A stretch of 64,000 nucleotides of DNA from Vicinamibacteria bacterium. GTDB taxonomy: Bacteria; Acidobacteriota; Vicinamibacteria; Marinacidobacterales; Marinacidobacteraceae. Both the position numbers and the translations under genes were made by a program. The number at the start of each line of letters is the position of its first letter. Within the stretch, counting starts at the first letter, position 1. Of the stretch, positions 39,889 to 50,313 are shown piece by piece. The stretch covers positions 2,272,001 through 2,336,000 of the forward strand of contig OZ241322.1 in assembly GCA_965199715.1 (NCBI GenBank). The letters are read 5' to 3'. The notes below the pieces were generated by a model that was given only the letters and a program-made list of their open reading frames with translations, did not search any database and was not told the DNA's origin.

Positions 39889-42578
39889 GGCTCGCTTTCC
39901 GGACGATCGAGGCCGCTCCGGTGCTCGTGGATCGGGAGCCGCTCGTTGTTGTCGTCGGGATTCCGGCGCCGGTACTCGCCGCCGGTGGCGTCGGCCGACT
40001 CGTCGGCCTTGAAGCGGAGATAGAGCTCCTGATGGCGCGCCGTGGCCTCCGCGTCGCCGAGTCCCCTGGACGCGAGCATCAGGTTGTAGTGGGCCTCCAG
40101 ATCCTCGGGGTCGATGCGCAGCGTGTCCTCGAGCACTCGGACCGCGTCCGCGTATTCGCGCTTCAGGAAGAGCAGGCGCCCGATCTGGTTGTTCACCACC
40201 CGGTCGCCCGGATGCGCTCCGGCGATCTCCCGAAGATCCGCGAGCGCCTCGTCGTAGCGCCCGAGCGCCTTCAGCGCCATGGCGCGGAAGAAGAGCGCCC
40301 GGGGCAGGCCGGGGGCGAGCGCGAGCGCCCGGTCCGTCGCTTCGAGCGCTCCCTCGGGGTCGCCCTCCCGCACCCGGACCCGAGCGAGGTTCACCGGGCC
40401 GTCGGCCCAGTCTGGATCGAGCTCGACCACCCGCTCGAACGCGGCCTCGGCGCCCCGGAGGTCGCCTTGCAGGAACAGGCCGATCCCGTAGTCGTTGAAC
40501 CGGAGCGCGGTCTCGGCGAGCGCGGGGCGGGGGGCCGGGGCGCCGCCCACCGGGAGTTCGACTTCGGCTTCCGCCATGGTCACGATCGGAAGCGCGGGGG
40601 CCTGGCGGTCGGGGGCGAGCGTCCACGTGCGGTCGTCGAACCCGGGCCCGACCTCGCCGTCGTCCAGCGCCTCGCCCCGGAACACCCATTGGGTGTGCCA
40701 CCACGCGAACTTCCGGTAGTGGAGCTTCGCGGCGAGCCGGATCGGCCCGGTCGCGTCCTCGGGGATCCGGATCCGGTAGCGGATCGCGTGCGCCGCGCCG
40801 GGCGGGATCGGGTTCACGTACAGCGTGCTGCGCGCCGCCCAGGCGTTGCGCTTGTTGATCGGGTTCCCGCGGGCGTCGAGCATGAGCGACCGGAAGAAGT
40901 GCGCCGACGGCTCCACGGGCCCGTCCTCGCCGTCGGTGAACCCGCTCCAGAAGAACGGCTCGCCGTCCCCGTCCGTCGCGGTGAACTCGACCCACACGTC
41001 GTGGGCGTCCACCGTGCCGCTCGGGAAGAAGTGCCCGACGTTCCGCGTCCGAACCACCACGTCCACCCGGACCGACTCCCCCGGCTCGAGCGCCGGGCGC
41101 TCGAGGTCGAGCGGCGCGGCGAGCTCGCCCTCGGGGCCGGCCGGGGCGTAGCGGGCCGGCGCCGCCATCGCCTCCTCGCCCACCGCGAAGGTGGAGGCGA
41201 GCGCGAGCGGATCCGCCGCCGCGCGGCGCTCGGCCGCCGTCTCCTCGCCCCGGGAGAGGGCGAAGACGTCAACCGTGACCTGGCCGGCGCGGAGGAAGTC
41301 GCGCACGGCCTGAAGCTGCTCGTCGCGCCCGAAATGCACCGGCAGCGCCGTGTTCGCCGTGGCGAAGCGGTGCGAGCGGACGAGGCCGTCGATCGCGGCC
41401 GGGTCGTCGCCGGGGACCGCCGGCATGTGGCAGTCGGCGCACGTGCGCGACTCCTCGGGGTAGTAGAACGAGCGCGCCCCGTGGCCCGACACGCCGCTGG
41501 CCTGCCAGTTGTCGTAGCTGTTGAACCCGCGCAGCCAGCGGTAGTGGTTCACCGGCTCGTCGAGGTGCACCTTGTGGCAGGACGAGCAGAAGGCCGAGCT
41601 GTCGCCCTCGTGGATGGGCTTCAGGAACGCCTGCCGGTGCGGCTCGGGGTCGAGGTGGATCACGAGGTCGTGGAGCGTCCGCAGCAGCGGATCGTCCGAC
41701 GCCGCGAGGTCGTTCATCTCGGGGTACTCGATCACGAACCCGGCGTTCCCCATCGTGTCCTTGACCGAGGTGATCGCGTGGCAGGAGACGCAGCCGAGGC
41801 CGGCGCTCGCCTCGGGCAGGTCCACGATCTCCTCGAGCGGCCGGTCCATCTGGCCGGAGAAGAGGACCGCGTGGTCGTGGCACCCGGCGCACCACTTGGT
41901 GGGCGTGACCCCTACCACGCTCTGCATGTACTCGATGGAGCGGCGATACCACGGGTTGTTGAACGAGGCGAACCGGTGCGCCGAGTCGCGCCACTGGTCC
42001 GTGACGTCGGCGTGGCAGCGCCCGCACTTGTCGCTGCCCATGAAGAAGTCGGCCGGGATGAGGTCGCCGTCCGCCGTCTCCGCCGCCGAGGGGAAGAACG
42101 GCCCGTCAGCGCCGCCCATGGCCTCGTCCGCCATGGTCGCCGGCGCGAATCCGGCGTTGAGCGCCGGTCCGGTCTCGGAGGCCAGGTCGCGCAGGACGCC
42201 CCCGACCGGAATCGCGACCGCGACCACGAGCGGTGCGAGCAGCGTCCGGCGGACTGCGAGCAGCGCCGCGAACGCGCCGACCGCGACGAGATGCGCGGCC
42301 AGCAGCGCCGGGTTCGCCCCGGTGACGAGGAGCGCGAGCCCGGTCAGGGCGCCGAGCGCCCCGAGGCCGAGGAAGGCGGGCCGCAGCGGATCGTCCCGCA
42401 GGGCGGCGCGGATCCGGCGGCGGTCGAAGACGAGGAACTTGAGCGCCGCGATCCCGAGCAGCGGATGCAGCAGGATCTGCGCGGCGTGGACGAGGCTCGC
42501 TTCCCGCGCCGCGATCAGGTAGCCCGAGTTGACGAGCAGCAGGGCGGCGGTCGCGGCCGTCAGCCGCGTCCACGTCAT
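39885..42578 (-). CDS. Membrane-anchored pentaheme cytochrome c with C-terminal TPRs
   Basis: N-terminal TM helices; CGRCH, CAGCH, CVSCH, CSSCH, CADCH; GHFFPSGT; TPRs (NDYGIGLFLQGD..HYNLML). Confidence 0.87.
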   Translation of the reverse strand: MTWTRLTAATAALLLVNSGYLIAAREASLVHAAQILLHPLLGIAALKFLVFDRRRIRAALRDDPLRPAFLGLGALGALTGLALLVTGANPALLAAHLVAVGAFAALLAVRRTLLAPLVVAVAIPVGGVLRDLASETGPALNAGFAPATMADEAMGGADGPFFPSAAETADGDLIPADFFMGSDKCGRCHADVTDQWRDSAHRFASFNNPWYRRSIEYMQSVVGVTPTKWCAGCHDHAVLFSGQMDRPLEEIVDLPEASAGLGCVSCHAITSVKDTMGNAGFVIEYPEMNDLAASDDPLLRTLHDLVIHLDPEPHRQAFLKPIHEGDSSAFCSSCHKVHLDEPVNHYRWLRGFNSYDNWQASGVSGHGARSFYYPEESRTCADCHMPAVPGDDPAAIDGLVRSHRFATANTALPVHFGRDEQLQAVRDFLRAGQVTVDVFALSRGEETAAERRAAADPLALASTFAVGEEAMAAPARYAPAGPEGELAAPLDLERPALEPGESVRVDVVVRTRNVGHFFPSGTVDAHDVWVEFTATDGDGEPFFWSGFTDGEDGPVEPSAHFFRSLMLDARGNPINKRNAWAARSTLYVNPIPPGAAHAIRYRIRIPEDATGPIRLAAKLHYRKFAWWHTQWVFRGEALDDGEVGPGFDDRTWTLAPDRQAPALPIVTMAEAEVELPVGGAPAPRPALAETALRFNDYGIGLFLQGDLRGAEAAFERVVELDPDWADGPVNLARVRVREGDPEGALEATDRALALAPGLPRALFFRAMALKALGRYDEALADLREIAGAHPGDRVVNNQIGRLLFLKREYADAVRVLEDTLRIDPEDLEAHYNLMLASRGLGDAEATARHQELYLRFKADESADATGGEYRRRNPDDNNERLPIHEHRSGLDRPESEP

Positions 42579-43255
42579 TCGGACGATGCGGTTTCGACCC
42601 CGGCTTCCCGGAGCGCCCGCCGGGCGGTCCTCGTGATGAGCACGGCGGCGAGGATGAAGGCGACGAGCCCGGCCACGCGAATCGCGGTCTCGAGCCCGCC
42701 CGTCCGCCCGGAGACGGCGTCGGCCACGCCGCTCGCGATGTACACGTAGAGCATCGTGCCGGGCAGGATGCCGACCGCCGACGCGATCAGGTACCCGAGG
42801 AACGAGACGCCGGTGAGCCCGTAGGCGTAGTTCTGGAACGAGAAGGGGAAGACCGGGGTCAGCCGGGTGAGGAGCACGATCTTCCAGCCCTCCTTCGCGA
42901 CCGCCCGGTCGATTGCGGCGAAGGACGGGCGGCCCTCGAGCCACGCCGAGACCCGTTCGCGCGCGAACCGGCGGGCCACGAGGAACGCGAGGCCGAGGCC
43001 GACCGTGGCGCCGCTCCAGACGCTGAACGTCCCGAGGGTGAATCCGAAAGCGGCCCCGCCGATGAGGGTCAGCGCCGAGCCGGGGATCATGAGCACCGTC
43101 GCGACCGCGTAGATCGCGGCGAAGACGACGAGCCCGGCGGGGCCGAGCCCCTCGGCCCAGCGGGCCGCGGCGGCGAACCACTCGCCCGCCGGGAGATAGA
43201 CCACGATCGCGACGACCGCGGCGAGGACCGCGCCGATCTTGAGGTAGCGGCTCAT
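42575..43255 (-). CDS. TVP38/TMEM64 (DedA/VTT) membrane protein
   Basis: IPGSALTLIGGAAFG, RLTPVFPFSFQNYAYGLT, GILPGT. Confidence 0.9.
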   Translation of the reverse strand: MSRYLKIGAVLAAVVAIVVYLPAGEWFAAAARWAEGLGPAGLVVFAAIYAVATVLMIPGSALTLIGGAAFGFTLGTFSVWSGATVGLGLAFLVARRFARERVSAWLEGRPSFAAIDRAVAKEGWKIVLLTRLTPVFPFSFQNYAYGLTGVSFLGYLIASAVGILPGTMLYVYIASGVADAVSGRTGGLETAIRVAGLVAFILAAVLITRTARRALREAGVETASSE

Positions 43256-44712
43256 CGCCGCCTCCGGTAGAGCCACTCGAAGATCGCCTTCGCCCGGGGA
43301 GTCAGTCGGGTCCGGTTGTAGGCGTCGCCGACCCGCTGGGACGCCTGCGCCCACGTCGGATAGGCGTGGATCGTGCCCGAGAGCGAGCCGAGCCCGCCGC
43401 CCTGCTTCGCCACCGACATGATCTGGTGGAGGATCTCGCCGGCGCGCGACGCGACCACGGTCGCGCCGAGGATGCGGTCCTTCCCCTTCGCGGTGACCAC
43501 CTTCACGAACCCGCGGGTCGCGCTCTCGGTGATCGCCCGGTCGAGGTCGTCGCAGGGATGGCGGTGGACGTCGACCGGCGTCCCCTCCTTCTCCGCGTCC
43601 TCCGCGCGCAGGCCGAAGTGCGCGACTTCCGGATCCACGTAGGTGACCCACGGGACGTGCGTGTAGTCCGCCTTCGCTCTCGGGATCGGCGACGGGAGCA
43701 GGATGTTCCGCACCACGATCCGCGCCTGGTGGTCCGCGGTGTGGGTGAAGCGGAAGGGGCCGGCCACGTCGCCGCAGGCGTAGATGTGCTTCACGTTGGT
43801 CCGCAGGCTCGCGTCCACCGGCACCCCGCGCCGCTCGTCGTAGGTGACTCCGGCGTTTTCGAGGCCGAGGCCGGCGACCCCCGGAACGCGCCCGGTGGCG
43901 ACGAGGAGTCGGTCGCCGGTGACCTTCCGGACTCCGCCCTTCGTCTCCATCTCGGCGGTGATCGTCCCGTTCGCGTGCGTGAACCGTTTCACCTTGCAGC
44001 CGAACACGAGCTCGATCCCCTCCTCCTCGAAGACCTCCCGCGTCACCTGCGAGGCGTCGCGGTCGTCGCGCGGCAGCAGCCGGTCCATGTCGGTGAGGAC
44101 GCTCACCCGGACGCCGAGCCGGCGCATCACCTGGCTCATCTCGCAGCCGATGGGGCCGCCGCCGAGCACGAGGAGCGACTCGGGCGGGCCGTCCTGCTCG
44201 TCGAAGAAGTTCTCGTTGGTGAAGAACGGGCCGTCCTTGATCCCCGCGATGTCGGGCACCCACGCCGAGGACCCGGTGGCGATCACGAAGTGCGCGCCGC
44301 TGAGGCGCGTCCCGTCGTCCAGCTCGACCTCGTTCGGACTCGTGAACCGGGCGCGGGCCTCGAACACGTCCACCCCCAATCCCTCGAACCGCTCCACCGA
44401 GTCGTTCGGGGCGATCATCGCCCGGCGCTCGCGCATGTGCTCGAAGACCCGGTCGAAGCGGAAGCTGGGCTCGCTCGCGTCGAGGCCGTACTTCTCGGCG
44501 TGGCGGATCTGCTGGATCAGCTTGGAGGTGGAGACGAGCGCCTTCGAGGGCACGCACCCGGTGTTCAGGCAGTCGCCGCCCATCCGATGCGCCTCGATGA
44601 GCGCGACCCGGCCCCCGAGGCCCGCGGTTCCGGCGGCGGTGACGAGCCCGGCGGTTCCGGCGCCGATGATGACGGCGTTGTACCGCCCTTCGCCCTTCTG
44701 CACTCTCGTCAC
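43252..44712 (-). CDS. Pyridine nucleotide-disulfide oxidoreductase (MerA/LpdA-like, no C-terminal CC pair)
   Basis: GAGTAG, GGDCLNTGCVPSK, GGGPIGCE, ACGDV, HAYPT. Confidence 0.88.
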   Translation of the reverse strand: MTRVQKGEGRYNAVIIGAGTAGLVTAAGTAGLGGRVALIEAHRMGGDCLNTGCVPSKALVSTSKLIQQIRHAEKYGLDASEPSFRFDRVFEHMRERRAMIAPNDSVERFEGLGVDVFEARARFTSPNEVELDDGTRLSGAHFVIATGSSAWVPDIAGIKDGPFFTNENFFDEQDGPPESLLVLGGGPIGCEMSQVMRRLGVRVSVLTDMDRLLPRDDRDASQVTREVFEEEGIELVFGCKVKRFTHANGTITAEMETKGGVRKVTGDRLLVATGRVPGVAGLGLENAGVTYDERRGVPVDASLRTNVKHIYACGDVAGPFRFTHTADHQARIVVRNILLPSPIPRAKADYTHVPWVTYVDPEVAHFGLRAEDAEKEGTPVDVHRHPCDDLDRAITESATRGFVKVVTAKGKDRILGATVVASRAGEILHQIMSVAKQGGGLGSLSGTIHAYPTWAQASQRVGDAYNRTRLTPRAKAIFEWLYRRRR

Positions 44713-44783
44713 CTCGTTCGGCTGGGAACCATGGCCGCGTTTTCGCCGGCAAGGATGCTAACCGACCGACATACCATCGGAAG

Positions 44784-45464
44784 GTGATTCTCGGCATCGA
44801 CGAGGCCGGCCGCGGGCCCGTCCTCGGCCCGCTGGTCGTGGCGGCGGTGCTGCTCGACCCGCGCCGCGCCGGGGCGCTGACCCGGCTCGGGGTGCGCGAC
44901 TCGAAGCATTTCGGCGCGCGCGGTCCGGCGGTCGGGCGGCGCGGGCTGCTCGCCGATCACGTGGAGCGCCTCGCCGAGTGGGTGGGCGTGCGGGTCTATC
45001 CGGCGGAGGAGGTGGACCGCCGGGCGTTCTCGGGCGAGCTGAACGTGCTGGAGCGCGAGGCCGCCCGCTCGCTGCTCGCCGACGTTCCCCGACGCCGGCG
45101 GATCAAGCGGATCCTCGCCGACGGGGAGCGGGTCTTCGGAAGCCTCGCCGCGGAGATCCCGCGGATGGAGGCGCTCGACCACGCCGAATCCCGTCACGTG
45201 GCGGTCGCCGCGGCGAGCATCGTGGCGAAGGTCCGGCGCGACCGGCTGTTCGCGGCCCTCGCCGACCGCATCCGCCGGGACTATCGGGAGTGGTGCGGGG
45301 AGGATCTCGGCTCGATCCGGGGCGGCGGCTACGTGAACGCGGCGACCGAGGCGCTGCTGCGGCGCTTCCACGAGCGGACCGGCTCCCTTCCGCCCGGAAC
45401 CCGGCACTCGTGGAGCTGGGAGGTGATCCAGGAGCTCAGCCCCCGGCGGTCGCTGTTCCGCTGA
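44784..45464 (+). CDS. rnhB: Ribonuclease HII
   Basis: GIDEAGRGPVLGPLVV, VRDSK, LADG, VAAASIVAKVRRD, GY. Confidence 0.9.
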   Translation: MILGIDEAGRGPVLGPLVVAAVLLDPRRAGALTRLGVRDSKHFGARGPAVGRRGLLADHVERLAEWVGVRVYPAEEVDRRAFSGELNVLEREAARSLLADVPRRRRIKRILADGERVFGSLAAEIPRMEALDHAESRHVAVAAASIVAKVRRDRLFAALADRIRRDYREWCGEDLGSIRGGGYVNAATEALLRRFHERTGSLPPGTRHSWSWEVIQELSPRRSLFR

Positions 45465-46080
45465 CGAGCCGATCGGCCACGGCCCGGGCGTGGCGGCGGG
45501 CCGCCGGCTCGAGGCGCCGGTTGTACAGCAGCGCCGCGGGGTGGTAGAGCGAGGCGAACTCGCGGCCCGGATGGTCGGGGAGCCGGAAGAAGCGGCCCAC
45601 GACCTCGCGCATCGGGGCGCGGGCGCGCTCCGGGGCGAAGTGGCGCAGCGCGGTGCTCCCGAGCAGGACGACGAGACGCGCCGGCGAGAAGCGCAACTGG
45701 GCGTCGAGGAAGGGACGGCAGGCGGCGGCTTCGTCCCGGCGCGGTGCCCGGTTGCCGGGCGGACGGCACTTGACCACGTTCACGACGAGGAGATCGCGCT
45801 CCGTATCCAGCCCCACCGATGCGAACAGCGCGTCGAGCGTCGCGCCGGCGCGCCCCGAGAACGCGCGCCCGGTCCGATCCTCGGTCGCGCCCGGAGCCTC
45901 ACCCACGGCGAGGAGCCGGGCGGCCGGGTCGCCCCGATCCACGACGATGTGGTTCCGGCCGTCGGCGAGCCCGCAGGCACGGCAGCCGCTGTTGCGGAGT
46001 CGGTCGCGAAACGCGGAGTAGTCGGGCGCCTCGAGGGTGGGGCGGCGCGTCGGAATCCCGGCGGGCACGGAGGAGATCAT
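45436..46080 (-). CDS. Uracil-DNA glycosylase family 4 (Fe-S)
   Basis: CRACGL, VGEAPGATED, NVVKCRPPGNRAP, CRPFL, LYHPAALL. Start uncertain. Confidence 0.88.
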   Translation of the reverse strand: MISSVPAGIPTRRPTLEAPDYSAFRDRLRNSGCRACGLADGRNHIVVDRGDPAARLLAVGEAPGATEDRTGRAFSGRAGATLDALFASVGLDTERDLLVVNVVKCRPPGNRAPRRDEAAACRPFLDAQLRFSPARLVVLLGSTALRHFAPERARAPMREVVGRFFRLPDHPGREFASLYHPAALLYNRRLEPAARRHARAVADRLVSGTATAGG

Positions 46081-46324
46081 GCGCGAACCGATCCGCCCGG
46101 GCGAGACGCTGCGCGAGGATCTCGAGGCGCTCGGCATGAGCGCGTCGGAGCTTGCGCGCCGGATCGGGGCGCCGAGGGAGCGGATCGCCGGGATTCTGTC
46201 GGGCCGGCGCGGGATCTCCGAAGGCACGGCAGTGCGGCTGGCGCGGTTCTTCGGAACCTCCGCGGAGTTCTGGGGCAACCTTCAGGCTCTCTGCGAGTCG
46301 CGCCGAGCCAAGACGACCCAGTGA
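46079..46324 (+). CDS. higA: HigA-family antitoxin (XRE HTH), orphan
   Basis: GGAGGAG SD; PIRPGETLREDLEALGMSASELARRIG..ISEGTAVRLARFFGTSAEFWGNLQ. Confidence 0.8.
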   Translation: MREPIRPGETLREDLEALGMSASELARRIGAPRERIAGILSGRRGISEGTAVRLARFFGTSAEFWGNLQALCESRRAKTTQ

Positions 46325-46426
46325 CCCGACCGGAGGGCCGGGAACGTGCGGATGGCGCACCCGCTGTTCGAGGTCGTCCCCGGCGGGATCGCGCAGTGGG
46401 AGCGCGTCCCGCCCGAGGCCCACGAT

Positions 46427-46735
46427 TCAGCTGGCCGCGGCCCAGCGTCGGCTGCGAACCCGCGCCAGCTTCAGTTGGAGGCACTCCTGCCCCCCATCGC
46501 CCTTCACGCTGTTGCAGCGTCCGCAGAGCAACTGGAGGTTGTCCGGATGGTCCGTGCCGCCGACTGCCTTGGCGATGATGCGGTCCACGGTCAGGTTCTG
46601 AACGTTGAAGTGCTCCACGCATCCGCGGCAGTGCCCGGCCTGCTCTCCGTAGAACGCCTTCCGGTGCGTCCCGGGAGCGGGGACTTTGCCAAGGTCCGTG
46701 CGCTGCGGGAGGTCCGTTCGGGGACGTGACGTCAC
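46427..46735 (-). pseudogene. Isolated HNH endonuclease domain with degenerate active site
   Basis: RTDLPQRTDLG..YGEQAGHCRGC..LTVDRII..GGTDHPDNLQLLCGRCNSVKG. The catalytic DH reads DR. Confidence 0.65.
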
Positions 46736-48285
46736 CCCCGGTGTTCGCCGAAGACCTCCCGCAGCGCGCCGGCGATCTCGCCGACGGTGGCTTGGGCCGT
46801 GACCGCGGTCAGGATCGGCGGCATCAGGTTCGCGCTCGTCGTGGCGACGCGGCGCACCTCGGCGAGCGCGGCCTCGGCCTTCGGCTGATCCCGCTCGGCG
46901 CGCACGCGCCGGACCCGCTCCGCCTGCGCCGGCTCCATCGCCGGATCCAGCGCGAACGGCTCGACCGAGGCCCCGGCCTCGTCCTTCCGGAAGCGGTTCA
47001 CGCCCACGACGACCTCGCGTTCGGCCTCCATCTCGCGCTGGTAGGCGAACGCCGCGTCCTGGATCCGGGCCGCCATGTAGCCGGACTCGACCGCCGCCGC
47101 CGCGCCGCCGAGGCGATCCACCTCCGCGATCCATTCGACCGCCTCGGCCTCCACTTGGTCGGTGAGCGTCTCGACGGCCCACGAGCCGCCGAGCGGATCG
47201 GAAGTCGCGGCCACGCCGCTCTCGAACGCGATCACCTGCTGGGTGCGCAGCGCCAGTTCGGCGGTCTCCGGGGTCGGCAGCCCGAGCGCCTCGTCGAGCG
47301 CGTTCGTGTGGAGCGACTGGGCGCCGCCGAGGACTGCCGCGAGCGCCTCGAGCGTCGTGCGCACCACGTTCACCTGCGGCTCGAGCGCGGTGAGGGTGGA
47401 GCCGGCGGTCTGGGCGTGGAAGCGCAGCATGCGCGCCCGCTCGCTGCGCGCCCCGAGTCGCTCGACGAGCAGCCGGTCCCACAGCCTGCGAGCGGCGCGG
47501 AACTTGGCGACCTCCTCGAGGAAGTCCCGGTGGGCGTTGAAGAAGAACGAGACCCGGCTGGCCACCGTGTCCACGTCCAGCCCGCGCTCGACGGCCGCCT
47601 CCAAGTAGGCGAGGCCGTTCGCGAGCGTGAAGGCGACCTCCTGCGCCCCGGTGCACCCGGCCTCGCGCATGTGGTAGCCGCTCACGCTCACCGGCTGGAA
47701 CCGCGGCAGTTCGCGGCGCGACCATTCGATGACGTCCGCGGCGAGCCGCATGGACGGCCCCGGCGGGTAGATCCAGGTTCCGCGAGCGGCGTACTCCTTC
47801 AGGATGTCGTTCTGGACGGTGCCGGCGATGCGGTCCGCCTCCACGCCCTGGCTTCGCGCCACGGCCACGTAGAGCGCGAGCAGGATCGCGGCCGTGGCGT
47901 TGATGGTCATCGACGTGGAGACCCGGTCGAGCGGAATGCCCGAAAACAGCGTCTCCATGTCGTCCAGCGAGTCGATCGCCACTCCGACCCGCCCGACCTC
48001 GCCCGCCGCCATCGGGTGGTCCGAGTCGTAACCGATCTGCGTCGGGAGGTCGAACGCCACCGAAAGCCCGGTCTGCCCCCGCTCGAGGAGGCGGCGGTAG
48101 CGCTCGTTGGACTCGGCGGCGGTCGCGTAGCCGGCGTACTGGCGCATGGTCCAGAGCCGCTCTCGATACCCCGACGCCCGGATCCCGCGGGTGAACGGAG
48201 GCTCGCCGGGGCGGCCGATCCGTTCGGGCGGCGCGCCTTCCGGTCCGTGCGTCGGAAGCAGCTCCCGCCGCGGACGGACGTTCAA
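46732..48285 (-). CDS. Methylmalonyl-CoA mutase family, catalytic (large) subunit without B12-binding domain
   Basis: [63 protein letters not shown] start overlaps the upstream stop. Confidence 0.9.
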   Translation of the reverse strand: MNVRPRRELLPTHGPEGAPPERIGRPGEPPFTRGIRASGYRERLWTMRQYAGYATAAESNERYRRLLERGQTGLSVAFDLPTQIGYDSDHPMAAGEVGRVGVAIDSLDDMETLFSGIPLDRVSTSMTINATAAILLALYVAVARSQGVEADRIAGTVQNDILKEYAARGTWIYPPGPSMRLAADVIEWSRRELPRFQPVSVSGYHMREAGCTGAQEVAFTLANGLAYLEAAVERGLDVDTVASRVSFFFNAHRDFLEEVAKFRAARRLWDRLLVERLGARSERARMLRFHAQTAGSTLTALEPQVNVVRTTLEALAAVLGGAQSLHTNALDEALGLPTPETAELALRTQQVIAFESGVAATSDPLGGSWAVETLTDQVEAEAVEWIAEVDRLGGAAAAVESGYMAARIQDAAFAYQREMEAEREVVVGVNRFRKDEAGASVEPFALDPAMEPAQAERVRRVRAERDQPKAEAALAEVRRVATTSANLMPPILTAVTAQATVGEIAGALREVFGEHRG

Positions 48286-48671
48286 CGTCCGGGGTCCCGC
48301 CGGGGAGCGCACAGGAACTCGCACCGGATCACCTGGTTCCCCCAGATCTCGGAGCGCCCCAGGTCGAGGGGGCACAATTCCACGAGCTCCTCCTCGAAGA
48401 ACAGCGGGCAGTCGTCGAAATTGATGTTCTCCACGCGGTCGGGCCGCCGGATGGACATCTCGAGCGCCCGGCGGGACGGCTCCCAGCCGCCCTCCTCGCC
48501 GAGTCGGACAAGCGTCCGCCGCAGCCGCTCCACCTCCACCCGGGCGGCCGGGAGCTCCAGCTCCTGGCGTTCGACCCGTCGGAGGATCTCCCGCGCCTCG
48601 CGCCGGAGCTCGGCGATGGGATCCCCCTGAAGGGCGAACAGCGCGACGAGGCCCGCGACCCGGAGGCTCAC
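48282..48671 (-). CDS. Small hypothetical exported protein with four C-terminal Cys
   Basis: GTG 48671 overlaps the upstream stop; hydrophobic N-terminus; DCPL..LCPL..RCEFLC. Confidence 0.55.
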   Translation of the reverse strand: MSLRVAGLVALFALQGDPIAELRREAREILRRVERQELELPAARVEVERLRRTLVRLGEEGGWEPSRRALEMSIRRPDRVENINFDDCPLFFEEELVELCPLDLGRSEIWGNQVIRCEFLCAPRRDPGR

Positions 48672-49639
48672 CGGGCGGTTCCCCGGGCCGTCGCCTGCTG
48701 CGGTTGGCTCGACGGCGGCGCCGGGAGCGCGTCGGGCCCGAGCGTCTCCAGCAGCCAGGTCCGCAGCGGCACGTCCTCGGGCTGCGGCTGGTACCAGCCC
48801 ACTTCGGTGCGCCCGTCGCCGAGAAGCTGGCGGAGCACCGGGTCGCAGCGGTCGAGCAGCTCCCGGGGAAGCGCCCGGTAATCGAGGCCGCGCAGCCAGC
48901 GGAAGCTGTAGCCGAAGAACAGCGACTTGCGCACGGCGTCCGACGCGTTGCTGCCGTGCCGGTGCCAGACGCGGCGGTCGAACACCGTCACGTCGCCGGG
49001 CCGGGCGCGGATCCGCATCCGCCCGTCCCAGGCGGGATCGTCGGCTTCCGGCGGCGGCGCGTCCAGACCGTGGCTTCCCGGGATCAGCTCCATGCCGCCA
49101 CGGTCCGCCGCCCGGGTGTCGGTGAGCCAGAACGCGACCTTGACCGAGAGCCGGGGGGCCGGCCGCTCCAGCTCCAGCACCGGGCGGCCGCTGTCCTGGT
49201 GCCACACCGGCTCCCGGCACTGGACCCCGCCCCAACCCTCGGGCGGATACACGACGAGGTGCGAGATGTAGAGCTGGATGTTCCAGCCGAGGATGCTCCA
49301 GACGGTGGGCAGCGTGCCGGCGAAGTCCACGAGCTCGAGAAACGACGGGTCGAACCGGATCACCGAGAAGCGGGACATCATGTCCCCCGGCGCGAGCGCG
49401 AGCCGCTCCCGCTCGGCGGCGTCGAGCCGGTCCACCGCCTGGAGCGTCCGCTCCAGCATGTCGTCGGGGAGCGCTCCCGGCAGGTGCAGGAAGCCGTCGC
49501 GTTCGAAGCGCCGCATCGCTTCGGGCGAGGGCAGGCGAGCGGCGTGCTCCGCGCCCAGGCCGCCGAAGCGGCGATCGCCGAGGGGGAAACGGATCACCGA
49601 GTCCGCCGGCTCGACCGGCGGCGGTACGAGGCGTCCCAT
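48668..49639 (-). CDS. Phytanoyl-CoA dioxygenase family (Fe/2OG)
   Basis: [35 protein letters not shown]. Confidence 0.85.
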   Translation of the reverse strand: MGRLVPPPVEPADSVIRFPLGDRRFGGLGAEHAARLPSPEAMRRFERDGFLHLPGALPDDMLERTLQAVDRLDAAERERLALAPGDMMSRFSVIRFDPSFLELVDFAGTLPTVWSILGWNIQLYISHLVVYPPEGWGGVQCREPVWHQDSGRPVLELERPAPRLSVKVAFWLTDTRAADRGGMELIPGSHGLDAPPPEADDPAWDGRMRIRARPGDVTVFDRRVWHRHGSNASDAVRKSLFFGYSFRWLRGLDYRALPRELLDRCDPVLRQLLGDGRTEVGWYQPQPEDVPLRTWLLETLGPDALPAPPSSQPQQATARGTAR

Positions 49640-49698
49640 GTCCCTGCGTCAGCTCCCCCCGAAATCCTACCCGGACGCCGAATCGCTACCATGAAGCG

Positions 49699-50313
49699 GT
49701 GATCGTGCGCCGGTGGAGGCTTCTCGCGGCGTGGGGGGCGCTCCTGCTCCTTGGCGGCAGCGTCTATCTCGGGCCGTACTTCGCGGCGTGGCGCATCCGC
49801 GAGGCGGTCGGCAGCGGCGACGCCGAGGCGCTTCACGAGTGGGTGGACTTCGAGGCGGTGCGCGCCAACCTGAAGGGGGAGCTGCGGCGCACCATCGGAG
49901 CCAGTCGGCGCGCCCGCGAACGCGAGGCGCCCGAGGCGGAGTCCGGCGGCGACGAGTCTTCCGCGCCCGATCCCGCCAGCCGCCTGGCGGTCGCGGTGGG
50001 GGAGGCGATGATCGATCGCTTCGCCACGCCCGAAGGAGTGGACCGCGCGCTTCGGGGGGCCGAGGCGGCGACGACCGGCTGGAACTCCTTCCTGGATCTC
50101 GGCGGGGAGGACGGCGGAAGCCGGGCGGCGGTCAGCGCCGCATACGACGGCTGGAGCGACTTCCACGTGCGGCTTGGGGTGCGCAGCGACGAGTCGGCGC
50201 CGGACGACGAGGCCATCTGGGCGGACGTCCTTTTCGAGCGGCGCGGGATCTGGGCGTGGCGCGTGACCGGGGCGCGGGTGAGTCCGACCGCGATCCCGCT
50301 CCTCGTCAACTGA
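49699..50313 (+). CDS. DUF2939 domain protein
   Basis: N-terminal TM, GPYFAAWRIREAV..VDFEAVRANLK, FERRG..WRVT. Confidence 0.75.
   Translation: MIVRRWRLLAAWGALLLLGGSVYLGPYFAAWRIREAVGSGDAEALHEWVDFEAVRANLKGELRRTIGASRRAREREAPEAESGGDESSAPDPASRLAVAVGEAMIDRFATPEGVDRALRGAEAATTGWNSFLDLGGEDGGSRAAVSAAYDGWSDFHVRLGVRSDESAPDDEAIWADVLFERRGIWAWRVTGARVSPTAIPLLVN

Noticed and set aside
43252-44712. Mercuric reductase merA
   Set aside because: No C-terminal Cys-Cys pair, no NmerA domain and no mer operon genes.
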